Shown here: positions 62,013 through 64,000 of the stretch, piece after piece | Numbering within the stretch: position 1 is the first letter of the stretch | Layout: the number at the start of each line of letters is the position of its first letter | Source: the human T2T-CHM13v2.0 reference genome, Homo sapiens | Strand: one strand, 5' to 3' | Length of the DNA stretch: 64,000 nt | NCBI RefSeq assembly: GCF_009914755.1 | Contig: NC_060925.1 | Notes under the pieces: model-generated | Told to the model about the DNA's origin: nothing | What the model saw: only the letters and a program-made list of their open reading frames with translations | The model's database searches: none | Made by a program: the position numbers and the translations under genes

Positions 62013-62302
62013 GGCTGGGCACAGTGGCTCAAGCATGTAATCTCAGCACTTTGGGAGGCAGAGGTGGGCAGATCACAAGGTCAAGAGTTCAAGACCATCC
62101 TGGCCAACATGGTGAAACCCTGTCTCTACTCAAAATACAAAAATTAGCTGGGCTTGGTGGTGTGTGCCTGTAGTCGCATCTACTCAGGAGGCTGGGGCCG
62201 GAGAATTGCTTTAACCTAGGAAGCAGAGGTTGCAGTGAGCCGAGAGTTGCGCCACTCCACTCCAGCCTGGAGACAGGGCAAGACTCTCTGTCAAAAAAAA
62301 AA
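62013..62302 (+). mobile_element. AluSc-like element
   Basis: 'gatcacaaggtcaagag...gaccatcctggcc'; TSD aaaaaaacatagaagatgc at a canonical TT/AAAA site. Confidence 0.93.
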
Positions 62303-62711
62303 CATAGAAGATGCTTATATAGTGGATTACTGGCATAATTAATTTAAAATTTAGTTTGGCAACAAAGACTAACCAGAAAAGACAAATTAAGAACAACATT
62401 GTGTACAAAAGGTGTGGAATTCACTGTATACACAATAATCCTCAAAAGACACAAGGGAGCTGCTATTTTTCTTCAAGAACCCTAATTTTATCTTTTATCA
62501 GTTGACTTGCTCTCTTGCTCATACTCCTAAGTGTATAGTTATTTGTTAATTATACAGCATTCAGGTATGAAGACAGAATCAAAGAGTAAGAGAAAGACAA
62601 AGGAGAAAAAGAAAAGGAAGAAGAAGGAGGATTACAAGAAATAAGGGAAGAGGAAGGAGGAGTACATTAGGGAAAACTATTTATTGCCTGTCAAAACCTA
62701 AGTGCAGAATA

Positions 62712-63088
62712 TGTGTGTGTGTCCATTCTCATGCTGCTACAAAGAACTGCCCAAGACTGGGCAATTTATAAAGGAAACAGGTTTAATTGGTTCCACTCTG
62801 CAAGGCTCGAGAGGCCTCAGGAAACTTACAGTCATGACAGAAGGGGAAGTAAATACCTTCTTCACATGATAGCAGGAAGGAGAAGAATGGGTGCCCAGTG
62901 AAGGGGGAGCCCCTTATAAAACCATAAGATCTTGTGAGAACTAACTCACTATCATGAGAAAAGGATAGAATCCCCCCTATCACCGCATGATTCAATTATC
63001 TCCACCTGGTCCCTCCCATGACACATGGGGATTATGAGAACTACAATTCAAGATGAGATTTGGGTGGGGACACAGCCAAACCATATAA
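62712..63088 (-). mobile_element. THE1C/D 3' LTR
   Basis: 'gtccattctcatgctgct...gagatttgggtggggacacagccaaaccatat'. Confidence 0.9.
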
Positions 63089-64000
63089 TTCTGCCCCTGG
63101 CCCCTTCCAAATCTCATATCTTCACAATTCAAAACACAATCATGCCTTCCCAACAGTCCCCCAAAGTCTTAACTCATTCCAGCATTAACCCAAAAGTCCA
63201 AGTCCAAAGTCTCCCCTGAGACAAGGCAAGTCCCTTCTGCCTATGAGCCTGTACAATCAAAAGCAGGTTAGTTACTTCCTAGATACAACGGGGGTACAGG
63301 CATTGGGTAAATGCACCCATTCCAAATGGGAGAAATTGGCCAAAATGAAGGGGTTACAGAACCTGTTTGTGTCTGAAATCCAATAAGGCAGTCATCAAAC
63401 CTTAAAGTTACCAAATGGTCTCCTTTGATTCAATTTCTCATATCCAGGTCACACTGATGCAAGAGGTAGGCTCTCTGTGGCTTTTCAGGGTACAGCTCCC
63501 TTTCCAGCTGCCTTACAGGCTGGCATTGAGTGTCTGTGGCTTTTCTAGGTGCACGGTGTAAGCTGTTGGTGGATCTACCATTCTAGGGTCTGGAAGATGG
63601 TGGCCCTTTTCTCACAGCTCCACGAGACAGTGCCCCAGTGAAGACTGTGTGGGGACTCCAACCCCACACTTCCCTTCCCCACTGTGCTATCAGAGGTTCT
63701 CCATGAATGCTCTGCCCTGCAGCAAACTTCTGTCTGGACATCCAGGCATCTCCATACATCTCTGTAATCTAGGTGGAGGTTCCCAAACCTCAATTCTTGA
63801 CTTCTGTGAACCTGCAGGCCCAAGGCCACATACAAACCACCAAGGCTTGGGGCTTGCATGCTCTGAAGTAATGACCTGATCTGTATGCTGGCCCCTTTTA
63901 GACATGGCTGGAGCTGAAGCATCTGGGATGCAGCCCATGAAACCATTTTTCCCTCCTAGGCCTTCAGGTCTCTGATGGGATGGGATGGCTGTGATGGTCT
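63089..64000 (-). mobile_element. THE1 internal region (continues past the window end)
   Basis: Polypurine tract (rc of ttctgcccctggcccc) abutting the LTR; 'cccccaaagtcttaactcattccagcattaac' THE1-int sequence. Confidence 0.9.

Noticed and set aside
63575-63946. Overlapping ORFs near the window end
   Set aside because: Degenerate THE1 internal sequence

Overview
This is AT-rich mammalian genomic DNA, almost certainly human because it contains a near-consensus AluYb8 at 19145-19449. I find no credible protein-coding gene, CpG island, tRNA/rRNA or CRISPR array; the listed ORFs are repeat-derived or chance ORFs. Much of the window is transposon fossils: about 12 Alus, several L1s (two with twin-priming 5' inversions), a near full-length Charlie1 hAT transposon, Tigger3/MER81/MER115/MER112-type DNA elements, THE1/MLT1/MLT2/MER31 LTRs, and L2/MIR relics. 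Between them lie repeat-poor, homeobox-motif-rich islands that look like conserved developmental enhancers, and several splice-signal-bounded segments that could be exons of a + strand lncRNA ending near 28.9 kb. I cannot name the locus. I do not see a demonstrably new biological system. The most unusual unexplained structures are a 55-bp duplicated PBX-HOX+GATA-like module (47412-47514), a CpG-retaining CRE/NBRE cluster inside an old LTR-like segment (31865-32058), a trimeric Alu, and an inverted L1 missing about 1.4 kb at its inversion point. Repeat family names come from recalled consensus sequences, not a database search, and boundaries of old repeats are approximate.
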